This document shows positions 43,101-54,030 of a DNA stretch of 64,000 bases, piece by piece. The notes under the pieces are model-generated. The model was not told the DNA's origin. It saw nothing but the letters and a program-made list of their open reading frames with translations, and did not search any database. Source of the DNA: an uncultured Spirochaetota bacterium (GTDB lineage Bacteria; Spirochaetota; Spirochaetia; SZUA-6; CAVTHK01); contig CAVTHK010000003.1 of NCBI GenBank assembly GCA_963734495.1, positions 96,001-160,000 on the forward strand. Direction: 5' to 3'. The position numbers and the translations under genes are program-made. The number at the start of each line of letters is the position of its first letter. Position 1 is the first letter of the stretch.

Positions 43101-44928
43101 GCGACGTCCTCCCGCGCCCGGCAGCCGCGCCGACGTCGCCCGTCTCGCCGAGCGCGCAGCTGCCGATTGTAGATGTCGACATATACGCCGCAGGAGGCGA
43201 GCAGCCCGGCGTGGGTGCCGCGGCCGACGATGCGGCCGTGGTCGAGGACGAGGATCTGGTCCGCCCTGCGGATGGTCCCGATGCGGTGGGCGATGACAAA
43301 GGTCGTGCGCCCCTCCATGAGGCTCTGCAGGGCCTTCTGGATCAACTGCTCGGTCTCCGTGTCGACGCTCGCGGTCGCGTCGTCGAGGATCAGAATGCGC
43401 GGGTCCTGCAGCAGGGCGCGGGCGATCGCGATCGCGCTGCTTCTGCCCCCCGGACAGCGTGTCGCCTCGTTCGCCGACGACGGTGTCGTAGCCTTCGGGC
43501 ATGGCCGTCGATGAAGTCGTGAGCCTGCGCCGCCTTGGCGGCTTCCACGACCTCGGGCTCCGCGGCCTCCGGCCTGCCGAAGCGCAGGTTCTCGCGCACA
43601 GTCGTGGCGAACAGCGTGGTGTCCTGCAGCACGATTCCGACGTGCACGCGCAGCGAGGCGAGGGTCACGCGGCGGATGTCCGTGCCGTCGACCAGGACGC
43701 GGCCTTCCGTCGGATCGTAGAAGCGGGGCACCAGGTTGACGACGCTCGTCTTGCCGGAGCCTGTCGTGCCGACGAGGGCGATCACCTCGCCGGGCAGCGC
43801 CGTCGAAGCTGATCTCCTCGAGCACGCGCTCGCGGCCGAAGTAGGCCAGGCTCACCTGGTCGAAGATCACCTCGCCCGCGCGGCGCCGAGCGGGCGCCGC
43901 GTCCGGGGCGTCGCGGACCTCGGAGTCGGCGTCCAGGATCTCGAAGATCCGCTCGCCCGACGACGAAGCGATGCTCACGGCCGGGATCACGTTGCCGAGA
44001 CGCCTGATCGGCCGCACGAGCTGGTCACGTACGTGGAAAAGGCGACCAGCTCGCCGAGGGAGAGCCGCTCGCGGATCACGAGGAGCCCGCCGAACGCGAT
44101 GATGGTCACGGTGCTCAGGTTGGCCAGGAAGTCGAGCAGCGGCGTGTTCCACGCCTGCATCTCGCGCCGCCTGCACCGACTGCTCGAGCCAGCCTGCGTT
44201 CTCGCGTTCGAAGCGTCGGATTCCTCCGCTCCTCCTGCGCGAACGCCTTGACGACCCGCGCGCCGCGCAGGTTCTGCTCCACGCGGTTGGTGAGGCGGCC
44301 GAGGGAACGCTGGATCTCGAGCGACAGCGGCCGGTAGCGCGCCCCGAACCTCACGCGCCCGCCAGACAAGCAGAGGGGCGTCGGGACGAGCGCGAGGGCG
44401 GCCAGCAGCGGGTTCATGGCCACGAGAAAGACGGCGGTGCCCGTGAGCAGGAACAGGCCCTCGACGAGGCGCAGAAACGCGCGGCCCGTCAGGAAGCGCA
44501 CGCGATCGACATCCTGGATGGAGCGTGCCAGCAGGTCGCCGGTCTCGGCCTGGTCGTGGATAGGCAAAGGAGAGGCTCGCGAGCTTCGCGTGGATGGCGT
44601 TGCGCATGTCGTAGGCCACGCCCTGCGACGCGATCTCCGACCAGATGCCCTCGAGGTAGGTGAGCACGCCGCGCAGCGGCGGTCAGCGCGAGCAGCAGGA
44701 GGATCGCGCCCCCGAGGAGGCGCTGGTCCGCGCGGCGGATGCCCCGGTCGATGATCCAGCGGATGAACTGCGGCGTCGCGAGCGACAGGCCCGTCGCCAC
44801 AGGAGGGCCAGGTAGCCTGCGGCGGTCAGCCGCCAGTAGGGCCGGAGAAAGCCGAAGCAGCGCAGGAGCACGCCGCCCGGCGACGACGCGGAGGCTCGGC
44901 GCGGGCCGGCTTCGGTCGCGGCGCTCAC
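43097..44928 (-). CDS. ABC exporter subunit, TMD plus NBD (frameshifted); heterodimer partner
   Basis: [16 protein letters not shown], degenerate Walker [10 protein letters not shown] typical of heterodimeric exporters. Confidence 0.9.
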
Positions 44929-45695
44929 ATGTGCCACCCCGACGGGAGGGCGCTCTCGATCGCCAGCAGCACCAGGATGATCAGCAGGCCGGGCAGGAAG
45001 TTGGCGGTCTTGAGCTTTGCCAGCCCGAGCAGGTTGATGCCGATCATCACGACCAGGCAGCCGCCCAGGCCGGTGAGCTCGGACAGCACGAGCGGCGAGG
45101 CGTAGGGCTCGAGAAAGCGCGCGAGCAGCGTGAGCGTGCCCTGGTACACGAGGACCGAACCCGCGGAAAAGACCACGCCGACGCCGAGGGCCGCGGCCAG
45201 GATCATCGCCACGAATCCGTCGAGGACGCTCTTGGTGAGGATCAGCTCGTAGTCGCCTTGCGCCCCCGCCTTGAACGAGCCGACGAGCGCCATCGCGCCG
45301 ACGCAGAAGATCACCGAGGCGTTGAGAAACCCGTAGGCGAACTCCTGCGAGGGAAGCTCCGGATCTCTGGATGAAGGCGCCCGCGGGGAGCCGGCCGGCG
45401 CGCGGGAGGCCACGGCCTCCGTCCGGGCGAAGCGCCGCTTCAGGAGCTCGCCGAGCCTGAGGATCGCGCCCTCGATGTCCAGCGCCTCCCCCGCGAATCC
45501 GCCGGCGATGAGCGCGAGCGCGAGGTAGACGATGCGGGTGCCCTCGAAGGCCATCTTCATGCCGAGCACGAGCGAGATGATGCCCGCGCCCGTGAACACG
45601 AGCGACTTCATCCCCTCGTTGATCCTGCGGTGGAAGAGGATGCCTATGAACGCGCCCGCGATCACAGCGAGGCAATTGACGAACGTGGCGATCAC
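44925..45695 (-). CDS. DUF554 family membrane protein
   Basis: IFCVGAMALVGS, KSVLDG, YQG.LT, ANFLPGL. Confidence 0.9.
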   Translation of the reverse strand: MIATFVNCLAVIAGAFIGILFHRRINEGMKSLVFTGAGIISLVLGMKMAFEGTRIVYLALALIAGGFAGEALDIEGAILRLGELLKRRFARTEAVASRAPAGSPRAPSSRDPELPSQEFAYGFLNASVIFCVGAMALVGSFKAGAQGDYELILTKSVLDGFVAMILAAALGVGVVFSAGSVLVYQGTLTLLARFLEPYASPLVLSELTGLGGCLVVMIGINLLGLAKLKTANFLPGLLIILVLLAIESALPSGWHM

Positions 45696-45709
45696 GCGGC
45701 GTCCTCTTT

Positions 45710-46741
45710 CTACCCGGCCGTGAAGCGGAACCGGGTCACGTGGTGGTACGTCTCGCCGGGCCGCAGCACGCAGGAGGGGAAGCGGGGCTCGTTGATGGCG
45801 TTCGGGAACGCCTGCGTCTCGACGCAGAAGGCCGCGTGACGCCCGCATGCGACGCCGCCGCGCCCCTTGATGCTCCCGTCGAGGAAGTTGCCGGTGTAGA
45901 GCTGGACCCCGGGCTGCGTGGAGGTGACCTCCATGGCGCGGCCCGAGGATGGGTCGCTCACGCGGAGCACCGGCACGAGCTGGCCGATCGGCCGGTCCGC
46001 GGGCCTGTCGATGACGTAGCAGTGGTCGTAGCCGCCGCCGATCTTCTCCCCGATCGGCCTCGGCTTGCGGAAGTCCATCATGGGCTCGCGGGCCACGTCG
46101 CGGATCTCGCCCGTGGGGATCAGCTTCGCATCCACGGGCAGGTAGCTGCCCGAGTGCATGGAGAGCACGTGCCCGAGGATGTCGCCCCGGCCCGCGAGGT
46201 TGAAGTACGTGTGGTTGGTGAGGTTCACCGGCGTCGGCTTGTCGGCCTCCGCGAAGTACTCCCAGGTGAGCTCGCCGTCGCGCGAGAGGGCATAGATCGC
46301 GCGGGCCTGGAGCGTGCCCGGGTAGCCTTCGTCCCCGTCGCGGCTCGTGTAGCGGAGCTCCACCGAGTCGCCCTTCGCCTTCCCCTCCCAGAGCACCTTG
46401 TCGTACCCGATGTTGCCGCCGTGCAGGTGGCTCACGCCCCTCTCGTTGAGCGCGAGGCGGTACTCGCGCCCGTCGAGGGTGAAGCGGCCGTCGGCGATGC
46501 GGTTGGCGAACCGGCCGATGGTCGCGCCGAAATGCGGATGCGCGCCGAGGTACGGCTCCAGCGTGTCGAAGCCGAGGGTGATCTCGCCCGGCGTGCCGCG
46601 GCGGTCGGGGGTCTTGAGCGACACCAGGATCGCGCCCCAGGTCATGACCTGCGCCTGCACGCCGTTGCCGTTGTCGAGCGTGAACAGCGCCACTTCGCGG
46701 CCGTCCTTGGTCCGTCCGAACACGCTGCGCTTGATCGCCAT
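45710..46741 (-). CDS. galM: Aldose 1-epimerase
   Basis: GRFANRI, HLHGG, NLTNHTYFNL, YDH, QLYTGNFL, FCVETQ. Confidence 0.95.
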   Translation of the reverse strand: MAIKRSVFGRTKDGREVALFTLDNGNGVQAQVMTWGAILVSLKTPDRRGTPGEITLGFDTLEPYLGAHPHFGATIGRFANRIADGRFTLDGREYRLALNERGVSHLHGGNIGYDKVLWEGKAKGDSVELRYTSRDGDEGYPGTLQARAIYALSRDGELTWEYFAEADKPTPVNLTNHTYFNLAGRGDILGHVLSMHSGSYLPVDAKLIPTGEIRDVAREPMMDFRKPRPIGEKIGGGYDHCYVIDRPADRPIGQLVPVLRVSDPSSGRAMEVTSTQPGVQLYTGNFLDGSIKGRGGVACGRHAAFCVETQAFPNAINEPRFPSCVLRPGETYHHVTRFRFTAG

Positions 46742-46892
46742 ACGCTGACGTTAGCGAAGCGCCTCCGGAGCGTCAACCCAAGCCCGCGATGCGGGCTGGG
46801 TTCCCCGTGCGCGTGGCGTGTCCAAATGCGCGCTCGCAGGGGTTGAAAACATGCGGCGATTCGCCCGATACTATAGCGACTTCGGCGGGAGT

Positions 46893-47837
46893 ATGGCTGG
46901 CATGGCTCATTCAGCGCGGCGCATGGCGGTGGCCGGGATGGTCCTTCTTGCTCTGGGGGGCTGCTCGATCCAGAAGCTTGCCATGAAGCGCGTGGCCGAC
47001 ATGCTGTCGTCCGAGGAATCCACGGTCTTCACCGGCGATGCGGACATCGACCTCGTCGGGGACGCGCTGCCGTTCGCGCTCAAGCTCTACGAATCGATCC
47101 TCGAGACCGTCAAGGACAGCCCGGAGCTCTATCTCGCCACCGGCAAGGCGTTTGCGCTCTACGCGCGCGCCTACGTGCAGATGCCCGCGGAGATGCTCCC
47201 GCAGGAGAGGTTCGAGGACAGGCAGCGAGGCGAGAAGCGGGCCAAGGCTCTCTACCTGCGGGCTCAAGCGTACATCGCGCGCGGGCTGGAGCTGCGGCGG
47301 CCCGGCCTGTCCAGGCGCATCATGGAAGGCGACGACTGGCAGGGCGCGATCGCCGAAGCGCGCCGGGAGGACGCACCCTGGCTGTACTGGGGCGCTCTCG
47401 CTTGGATGGGGGCGTTTTCGACGAACACGTTCGACTTCGAGGCGATGCTCACGCTGCCCCGGGTGGCGGCGATGATCGAGCGGGTGCTGGCCTTTGACGA
47501 CGGTTTCGACGCGGGCGGCGCGCATGAGATCCTCGTCACCTACTACGGCAGCCTGCCGCCCGACCTGGGCGGCAGCGACGAAAAAGCCCGCACCCACTAC
47601 GAAAAGGCCGTCGCTCTGTCGGGCGGCCTCAAGGCGGGCCCGTACGTCGCCCTGGCCCTCGCGGTGAGCGTCAAGACGCAGAACGCGGCCGAGTTCAAGG
47701 GCCTGCTCGGCAAGGCGCTCGCGATCGACATCGACCGCGCGCCCTCGTTGCGCCTCCTGAATGCCGTCAGCCAGAGGCAGGCCGCCTGGCTGCTCGATCA
47801 CATCGACGACTATTTCCTGGAGGGAGGCGGCGGATGA
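46893..47837 (+). CDS. TRAP transporter TatT (T) component lipoprotein
   Basis: Lipobox LGGC; D.DLVGDALPFALK..E, RAKALYLRA, LGGS.EKA..HYEKA, AAWLL..IDDYF. Confidence 0.85.
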   Translation: MAGMAHSARRMAVAGMVLLALGGCSIQKLAMKRVADMLSSEESTVFTGDADIDLVGDALPFALKLYESILETVKDSPELYLATGKAFALYARAYVQMPAEMLPQERFEDRQRGEKRAKALYLRAQAYIARGLELRRPGLSRRIMEGDDWQGAIAEARREDAPWLYWGALAWMGAFSTNTFDFEAMLTLPRVAAMIERVLAFDDGFDAGGAHEILVTYYGSLPPDLGGSDEKARTHYEKAVALSGGLKAGPYVALALAVSVKTQNAAEFKGLLGKALAIDIDRAPSLRLLNAVSQRQAAWLLDHIDDYFLEGGGG

Positions 47838-49771
47838 GGCGCTCCCGGGCCCCGATGCCGGACGGGCTCGCCGTTCAGCCGGCACCGGCCGCTGAGGGCC
47901 CGTGGATCGGCGCGCGGCTGGAGAATGCCGCGGCTTCGCTGGCGCTGATGGCGCTGGCGCTCCTGCCGTCGCTGGAGGCGCTCTCGCGCTCGGTCCTGGG
48001 GCGCAGCCTCTACTCGGCCTCCGACTGGGTGCAGCACCTGGTGCTCTGGGTCGCGCTGCTCGGCGGGATGGTGACCACGCGGGAGCGGCGGCACCTGCGC
48101 CTGAGCGCCGGCCTGGATTCGCTCGCCGGCGGGGTCGGCGCCGCCGCGCGGGCGGTCTGCATGGCCCTGGCGGTGATCGTGGCCGCGGCGCTGGCGGTCT
48201 CGTCCCTCTCGTTCGTGATCATCGGCTTCGAGCCGGGAAAGAAGCTTGGGGGCATCCCCATTCGCGCGGTCGCCGCGATCCTGCCGTTCGGCTTCGCGGT
48301 GATTGCCGCGCGCTTCGCCCGCGCGATCGAGCCGCCCCGCGCGCGCCTGCCGCTCGGAGCGGCGGCCGTGCTGCTGGGCGTGGCGTTCGCGTGGCAGCCC
48401 CTGGTCAACGTGGCGAGGAGCGCGGCGCCGGCTGCCGCGTGGATCGACGGCGTCGAGGCGGCGTTCTCGGGCGCGATCGACCCGCCGCTCCGCGCGGCGG
48501 CGCTGCCCCTGATGCTCGCGATCGTCGCCGGCGCCTTCGCGGGGCTGCCGCTTTTTGCCGTCCTCGGCGGGCTCGCCTTCTTCCTGTTCTTCCGTTCCGG
48601 CGGCTCCGTCGAGGTGATCCCCAACGAGGCGTACACGCTGCTCACCGGTCCCATCCTGCCGGCCATCCCGCTGTTCACGCTCACCGGCTTCATACTCTCC
48701 GAGAGCCGTGCGGCCGACCGGCTGGTGGCGCTCTTCCACGCGTCCCTGGGGTGGCTGCGGGGCGGGCCGCTGATCATGAGCATCCTGGCCTGCGCCTTCT
48801 TCACGACGTTCACGGGCGGCTCGGGAGTGACGATCCTGGCCATGGGCGGACTCCTGCTGTCGGTGCTGCTCAAGAGCGGCTACCCCAAGAACTTCGCAAC
48901 GGGCCTCCTCACCGCTTCGGGAAGCATCGGGCTGCTCTTTCCTCCCTCGCTGGCGGTCATCATGTACGGAGTGACCGCGCTGGTGAGCATCAAGGACCTT
49001 TTTATCGGCGGGATCCTGCCGGGCGTGACGCTCGTCGTGTCGCTCACGGCCCTGAGCATCGTTATGTCGCTGCGCGTCAAGGAGGAGCGGCGCCGCTTCG
49101 AGCTGCGCAGCGCGCTGAGCGCCCTCGGGAGCGCCGCGTGGGAGATCCTTCTGCCCCTGATGATCCTGGCAGGCTACTTCTCGGGGTTCGCGACGCTGGT
49201 GGAGACCGCGGCGCTCTCGGTCGTCTACGCTCTCGTCGTGGAGGTGCTGGTCCGGCGCGACATCCGCCTCCGCGATCTGCCGGCTGTTTTCGGCAAGTGC
49301 CTCCCCGTCGTGGGCGGCGTCCTGATCATCCTCACCGTGGCCAAGGGTCTCTCGTTCTACGTCGTCGACGCCCAGATCCCCGTGCGCCTCACCGAGATGG
49401 TCCGGGCCGCGGTCCACTCCCGCGTCGTCTTCTTGCTCCTGCTCAACCTCGGCCTGCTGATCACCGGCTGCTTCATGGACATCTTTTCGGCGATCCTGGT
49501 CGTGGCGCCGCTGGTGATCCCGCTCGGCGCGGCCTACGGCGTGCACCCGGTGCACCTGGGGATGATCTTTCTCGCGAACCTGGAGCTCGGCTACCTGACG
49601 CCGCCGGTCGGCATCAACCTGTTCCTCGCCTCCTATCGCTTCGAGCAGCCGCTGGGCCAGGTCTACCGCGGGATCGTCCCGTTCCTGCTGGTGGGCCTGG
49701 CGGCCGTGCTCGTGATCACGTACGTCCCGTGGCTCAGCACCGGCCTGGTCCGCATCTTCGGCGGCGGGTAA
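47834..49771 (+). CDS. TRAP transporter fused DctQ-DctM permease
   Basis: AIPLFTLTG, FTGGSGVTI, GSIGLLFPPS, NLELGYLTPPVG. Confidence 0.93.
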   Translation: MRRSRAPMPDGLAVQPAPAAEGPWIGARLENAAASLALMALALLPSLEALSRSVLGRSLYSASDWVQHLVLWVALLGGMVTTRERRHLRLSAGLDSLAGGVGAAARAVCMALAVIVAAALAVSSLSFVIIGFEPGKKLGGIPIRAVAAILPFGFAVIAARFARAIEPPRARLPLGAAAVLLGVAFAWQPLVNVARSAAPAAAWIDGVEAAFSGAIDPPLRAAALPLMLAIVAGAFAGLPLFAVLGGLAFFLFFRSGGSVEVIPNEAYTLLTGPILPAIPLFTLTGFILSESRAADRLVALFHASLGWLRGGPLIMSILACAFFTTFTGGSGVTILAMGGLLLSVLLKSGYPKNFATGLLTASGSIGLLFPPSLAVIMYGVTALVSIKDLFIGGILPGVTLVVSLTALSIVMSLRVKEERRRFELRSALSALGSAAWEILLPLMILAGYFSGFATLVETAALSVVYALVVEVLVRRDIRLRDLPAVFGKCLPVVGGVLIILTVAKGLSFYVVDAQIPVRLTEMVRAAVHSRVVFLLLLNLGLLITGCFMDIFSAILVVAPLVIPLGAAYGVHPVHLGMIFLANLELGYLTPPVGINLFLASYRFEQPLGQVYRGIVPFLLVGLAAVLVITYVPWLSTGLVRIFGGG

Positions 49772-49781
49772 GCGGCCCTCG

Positions 49782-50667
49782 CTAAGCCGCCTTCATCGCG
49801 GCCCACTTCTTCCACTGGTACCACTGCTCGGGGTACCGCCTGACGTACTTCTCCCATATGCTCATCGCGTCGTGGGCGACGCTCTGCGGCTGTCTTCTGC
49901 AGCGACACGTCCTCGAAGATCATCCGGTAGCGCAGGAAGCCGGAGCGCGTCAGGAACGCCGCTATGACCGGCGCGCCCGAACGCCTGGCGAGGAAGTCGA
50001 GAGTGTTGTCGAAATACAGCTGCTTGCCGAACAGCGGTATGGTCCTGGACTTGCGGCAATGCCAGGCGTCGACCTCGTCGCACTCCGTCATGAGCACGCG
50101 GTTGTCCGACAGGGTGCTCATGGCGCGGAACAGGACGCTCTGCCCGTCCGCGTTGCTGAAGAGCCGCACGTCGGCGTGCGCGATCTTGTCGTCGAGGGCG
50201 CGCCGCAGCTTGTTCGTCGCGCAGTCAGCGATGACATCGATCGGCATGCCCTTGAGGCCGATCACCCACGGGATGAACTCGAGCCCGCCGAAATGCGCCG
50301 TGGCCACGATGACGCCCTTGCCCGCCTCGAGCGCGCCGGAGATCAGCTCGAGCCCTTCGACGCGGAAGCGCGTCTCGACGAAGCGTTTGACGTAGGGATA
50401 GCTGCGGAACGCGGCGAGCATCTTCTCGTAGTAGTGCAGGAAGATCCCGCCGAAGCTGTCTCGTACGATCCTGCGGATTCTGGCTTCGTCGGCTGCGCCG
50501 ATCAGGTCGCGGATGTTCGTCTCGATCAGGCGCTTCTCGCTTGGACGCAGCGCGTAGTAGAGCAGTCCGAGGGCCTGCATGTAGTAGTAACCGATGAGTG
50601 GGTGCAGCCGCCTGAAAATGAAGATGTTGACCGACGATTGGAAAAACTTTGAGAGATTGAGCTTCAC
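49782..50667 (-). CDS. LpxL-family (lysophospholipid) acyltransferase (frameshift near 49885)
   Basis: GKGVIVATAHFGGLE (H-x4-E), C-terminal YPEQWYQW; AGGAGG RBS. Confidence 0.85.
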
Positions 50668-50902
50668 GGCGTCCCTCCTGAAGCTATGGTCCTACGACAT
50701 CATCGCACGAGATTATGGAGATTTCAAGAGAAATGTTGCAAATGAGTGTTTTGGTCCAATAAGGGTGTAACTAACTTCGTAGAGGTTTTTGGGTCGCTGG
50801 TGTTTGTGCCTGGAGGGGCTGAAACTTGGCGGAGATGGCCGGAATTGATCTACTTGCGATAGATGTAGGATGTCCTACGTACAATAATGCGAGAGGGCTG
50901 CA

Positions 50903-52831
50903 TCACGCCTCCGTGATCCAGCGCGCGCCGTCGACCCTCGGGCTCCAATCCGTGTCCACTATGCCGGCCGCGGCGGGCGTCGAGAACGGCGTCTGGTCGA
51001 GCCTGCGGGTCTCGAACACCTTGAGGAAGGCGCGGACGACCTCAGGGGAGAATTGAAGGCCGGCCTCCTTCTGGATGGCCACCATCGCCTGGACTTTCGT
51101 CAGCCCTTGGCGATAGGGGCGGTCCGAAGTCATGGCGTCGTACGTGTCCGCGACGGCGATGATGCGAGCGCCCAGCGGGATCTCCTCGCCTTTCAGCCCG
51201 TCGGGATAGCCTGTGCCGTCGTGGCGCTCGTGGTGGTGGCGGATCAGGTCGAGGTGGGCGCGCAGGAACGGGATGGGCTCGATGATCTCCACGCCCTTTT
51301 CCGTGTGCTGCTGGATGAGCCGCACCTCGTTCTTGGAGAGCGGCTTCGGACTGTTGATGATCGCCTCGGGGACCCCGATCTTGCCGATGTCGTGCAGGTA
51401 CCCGGCGGTCCGCAGGCGCTCCTGCTCTCCGGCGTCCAGTCCCATCTCCGCCCCGATCATGGCCGCGAGGGCCGCCACGCGGTAGGAGTGGTCCTTGGTA
51501 TAGGCATCCTTCTCTTCAAGGGCGCGGACCAGCGCGCGCAGCGAGCTCTCGTAACTGTCCTTGAGCTCCTCGTCGAGGCGTGCACGCCGCAGCGATACCG
51601 CGATCGTGTTGGCAAAGGTGTTCAGATAGTCCAGGTCCGTCGCGTTGATGTCTTCCTTGACGGTCGTGCGGTCGGCGCCAAGCACCCCGATGACCCCCGC
51701 GTCGGTGGTCGTGAGGGGGCAGAGGCAGAAGGAATGCGGGTGGAACCGGGCGAGTATGAAGTTGGCGGGGTTCAGCCCCGCGGCTTCGACGTCCGAGACC
51801 AGCATGGGCTCCCCGGTCTTTACCACCCTGACCATGAGGTTGTGCTCCCGGGACATGGGTACCCGGTACTGCTTCATGCTCTCCACGAGGCCGGGGTCGC
51901 CGCCGGTGGACGCCAGGTACACCAGCTCCTCGCCCTTCTGATCGATCATCATCAGGATCGCCCGGTCGAAGCGCAGCATCCGGACGAGGATCTTCATGGT
52001 CATGTCGAGAAACTCCCCGCTTTGCCGGCGCGAGGCGAGGATGCGGGAAGCCTCGTTGATGGCTTCGAGCTTGGTCACCTTGTCCTGCAGGTCCAGGTTC
52101 AGCCGGTTGACCTCTTCGTACTTGGACGCGAGCAGGGCCTTGTCCTGTTCGATCTCCTTGAGCGCCGCGATCAGGTGGCTCTTGCGCACGGACAGGGCCT
52201 CGATCATGGCGCGGACCATCCTCCGCCGCACTTCCCATGTGCCGTGGAACTCGCAATAGGCCGCCCCTTCGAACGCGCACGCGCTCTCGTGCACCACGGC
52301 GGGGTTGTGGCGCCAGATCGTGGGGATCGCCGTGTAGATGCCCTGGTTGAAGCGGCAGATGTCCCTCGAGAGGATGCCGTTGGGATTCCAGTGCAGGCGC
52401 ACGATCAGGCGCCCCCTGCCCATCTTGACGACCTCGACGTCCTTGGTGGTCGCGAACTTCGCATCGACCTGCTCGATCATGCGGATCGCGGCGCCGGGAG
52501 TGAGGAAGGTGCTGATGAAGAAGCGCTGGATGTACCCGAGGTGGCGCTCCGTGACCGACTCGAACCCGATCTTGAACGGCGCCTCGGGATCGTCGAGGAG
52601 CATGCGCGCATTCTCGAAGAGCTTGACCACGACGGCGCTGGGGACCCAGTTGTTCTCGTCCGTGAGGAAGGTCTCCGGCTGCGGGAGCCGGTCATAGGGC
52701 TCGGGGAGGTCGACGAACAGGCCGGCCGTGCGGGCTGCGGCGCGCCGGCGGACGTACTCCACGATCGCGCGGCAGTTGACGCAGCACACCTGAGCGGGCA
52801 CGCTCCCGGTGCGGTTCCTCAAAGAGGGCAT
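50903..52831 (-). CDS. V4R-like sensor / GAF / HD-GYP phosphodiesterase
   Basis: KDAYTKDHS, LHDIGKIG, HHERHDGTGYP, ADTYDAMTSDRPYR; N-terminus paralogous to the 5450 cyclase. Confidence 0.93.
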   Translation of the reverse strand: MPSLRNRTGSVPAQVCCVNCRAIVEYVRRRAAARTAGLFVDLPEPYDRLPQPETFLTDENNWVPSAVVVKLFENARMLLDDPEAPFKIGFESVTERHLGYIQRFFISTFLTPGAAIRMIEQVDAKFATTKDVEVVKMGRGRLIVRLHWNPNGILSRDICRFNQGIYTAIPTIWRHNPAVVHESACAFEGAAYCEFHGTWEVRRRMVRAMIEALSVRKSHLIAALKEIEQDKALLASKYEEVNRLNLDLQDKVTKLEAINEASRILASRRQSGEFLDMTMKILVRMLRFDRAILMMIDQKGEELVYLASTGGDPGLVESMKQYRVPMSREHNLMVRVVKTGEPMLVSDVEAAGLNPANFILARFHPHSFCLCPLTTTDAGVIGVLGADRTTVKEDINATDLDYLNTFANTIAVSLRRARLDEELKDSYESSLRALVRALEEKDAYTKDHSYRVAALAAMIGAEMGLDAGEQERLRTAGYLHDIGKIGVPEAIINSPKPLSKNEVRLIQQHTEKGVEIIEPIPFLRAHLDLIRHHHERHDGTGYPDGLKGEEIPLGARIIAVADTYDAMTSDRPYRQGLTKVQAMVAIQKEAGLQFSPEVVRAFLKVFETRRLDQTPFSTPAAAGIVDTDWSPRVDGARWITEA

Positions 52832-52858
52832 TTCTCTCTCACTATCGGCGCGGCGGGG

Positions 52859-53989
52859 CTATCGCGAAAGCTCGGCCTCGGATGATCGCGTCGCGTATCG
52901 GAGCACCTTCTCGTGATCGACGTCGTAGCCCACCCCCTGGCCGCGGACGACCGGGGCGAGGCCGCCCGCGCCGAAGTCGAAGTTGACGGTCGTGATGTTG
53001 TCGGCAAGGAGCTGGGAGTCGTAGGACCCGTCCACGTCGGCCGGCGCCTCCATGATAGCAGCGGCCGTGCGGCCGAGGGAAGAGAGGATGCCGGTCTCCC
53101 CGACGTGGCAGCCGAGGCTGTAGGCCATGCCTCGTTCGGCGGCCTGGCGGGCCAGCGCGAGGCTGCGGAGCAGCCCGCCGTTCTTGGACAGCCGGATATT
53201 CAGCATGCCGTAGACGCGCTGCTCCGTGATGCGGCTCAGGTCGGCCTCCGTGACGAACGTCTCGTCTGCGACAAAGACGAAGCGGGGATCCCGGCCGGCC
53301 GATCGCAGCTCCCGCTCCGGAGCCGGGTCCTCGATCAGGCGCACCCCGTGCTCGTGGCAGAGGTCGAGGTGAGGCGCCATCGTCGCCAGGCTCCAGGCCA
53401 TGTTCACGTCGGCGCGCAGGACGGCGCCGGGGCCGAGGATCTCCCGCGACAGCGAGAGGATCATGCGGTTGTACCCGGGGTCCTTTCCGAGCTTGATCCG
53501 CACGCTCGTGACGGCCTGCGAGCGGATGCGGCCGAGGATCACGCGCGCCGCTTCGGCCGGCATCATCGGCAGGACCACGCCGTAGCGGACCTGGGCGCGG
53601 CGCGGCTCGCTGCCGATGAGGGCGAAGACGTCGATGCCGCGATGCCGGCAGTGGATATCGAGGAGCGCGGCCTCGAGGGCGCCGAGCAGCGGCCTTTCCT
53701 CGGGGGCCGCGGCGCAGGTCTCGAGCGCGGCGCGGGCCTCCTCCCAGGTCGAGTCGCGAACACGCCGGGCCAGAGGCTCGAGAGCGGTCCTCGCCGCGTC
53801 GAGCAGCGAAGAGCCGGGCGGCAGGCCGCCGACGTACTCGCGCATGACCGCTTCGCCGTAACCGCGTCGCCCGTCCGCTTCGAGCTCGACGACGACGGAA
53901 TCGGAAGCGGCGCGGGAGGCGGAGGCGTGAGTGAGTCGGACGCGGAACGGCAGGTCAAGCTGATGCAGGCGGCAACGGGAGATCCGCAT
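52859..53989 (-). CDS. Enolase-superfamily (MLE/epimerase-like) enzyme
   Basis: GYGE, RIK, ADVN, IEDP, ADET, NIRLSKNGG, GCHVGETGILS. Confidence 0.85.
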   Translation of the reverse strand: MRISRCRLHQLDLPFRVRLTHASASRAASDSVVVELEADGRRGYGEAVMREYVGGLPPGSSLLDAARTALEPLARRVRDSTWEEARAALETCAAAPEERPLLGALEAALLDIHCRHRGIDVFALIGSEPRRAQVRYGVVLPMMPAEAARVILGRIRSQAVTSVRIKLGKDPGYNRMILSLSREILGPGAVLRADVNMAWSLATMAPHLDLCHEHGVRLIEDPAPERELRSAGRDPRFVFVADETFVTEADLSRITEQRVYGMLNIRLSKNGGLLRSLALARQAAERGMAYSLGCHVGETGILSSLGRTAAAIMEAPADVDGSYDSQLLADNITTVNFDFGAGGLAPVVRGQGVGYDVDHEKVLRYATRSSEAELSR

Positions 53990-54030
53990 CGCGCACCGTA
54001 TAGCACCGGTGGACGGGCTCGGTCAACGTC

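Noticed and set aside
50668-50902. c-di-GMP riboswitch next to the HD-GYP gene
   Set aside because: No GEMM-type GGCAAA/GAAA/GCAAAG architecture on either strand.
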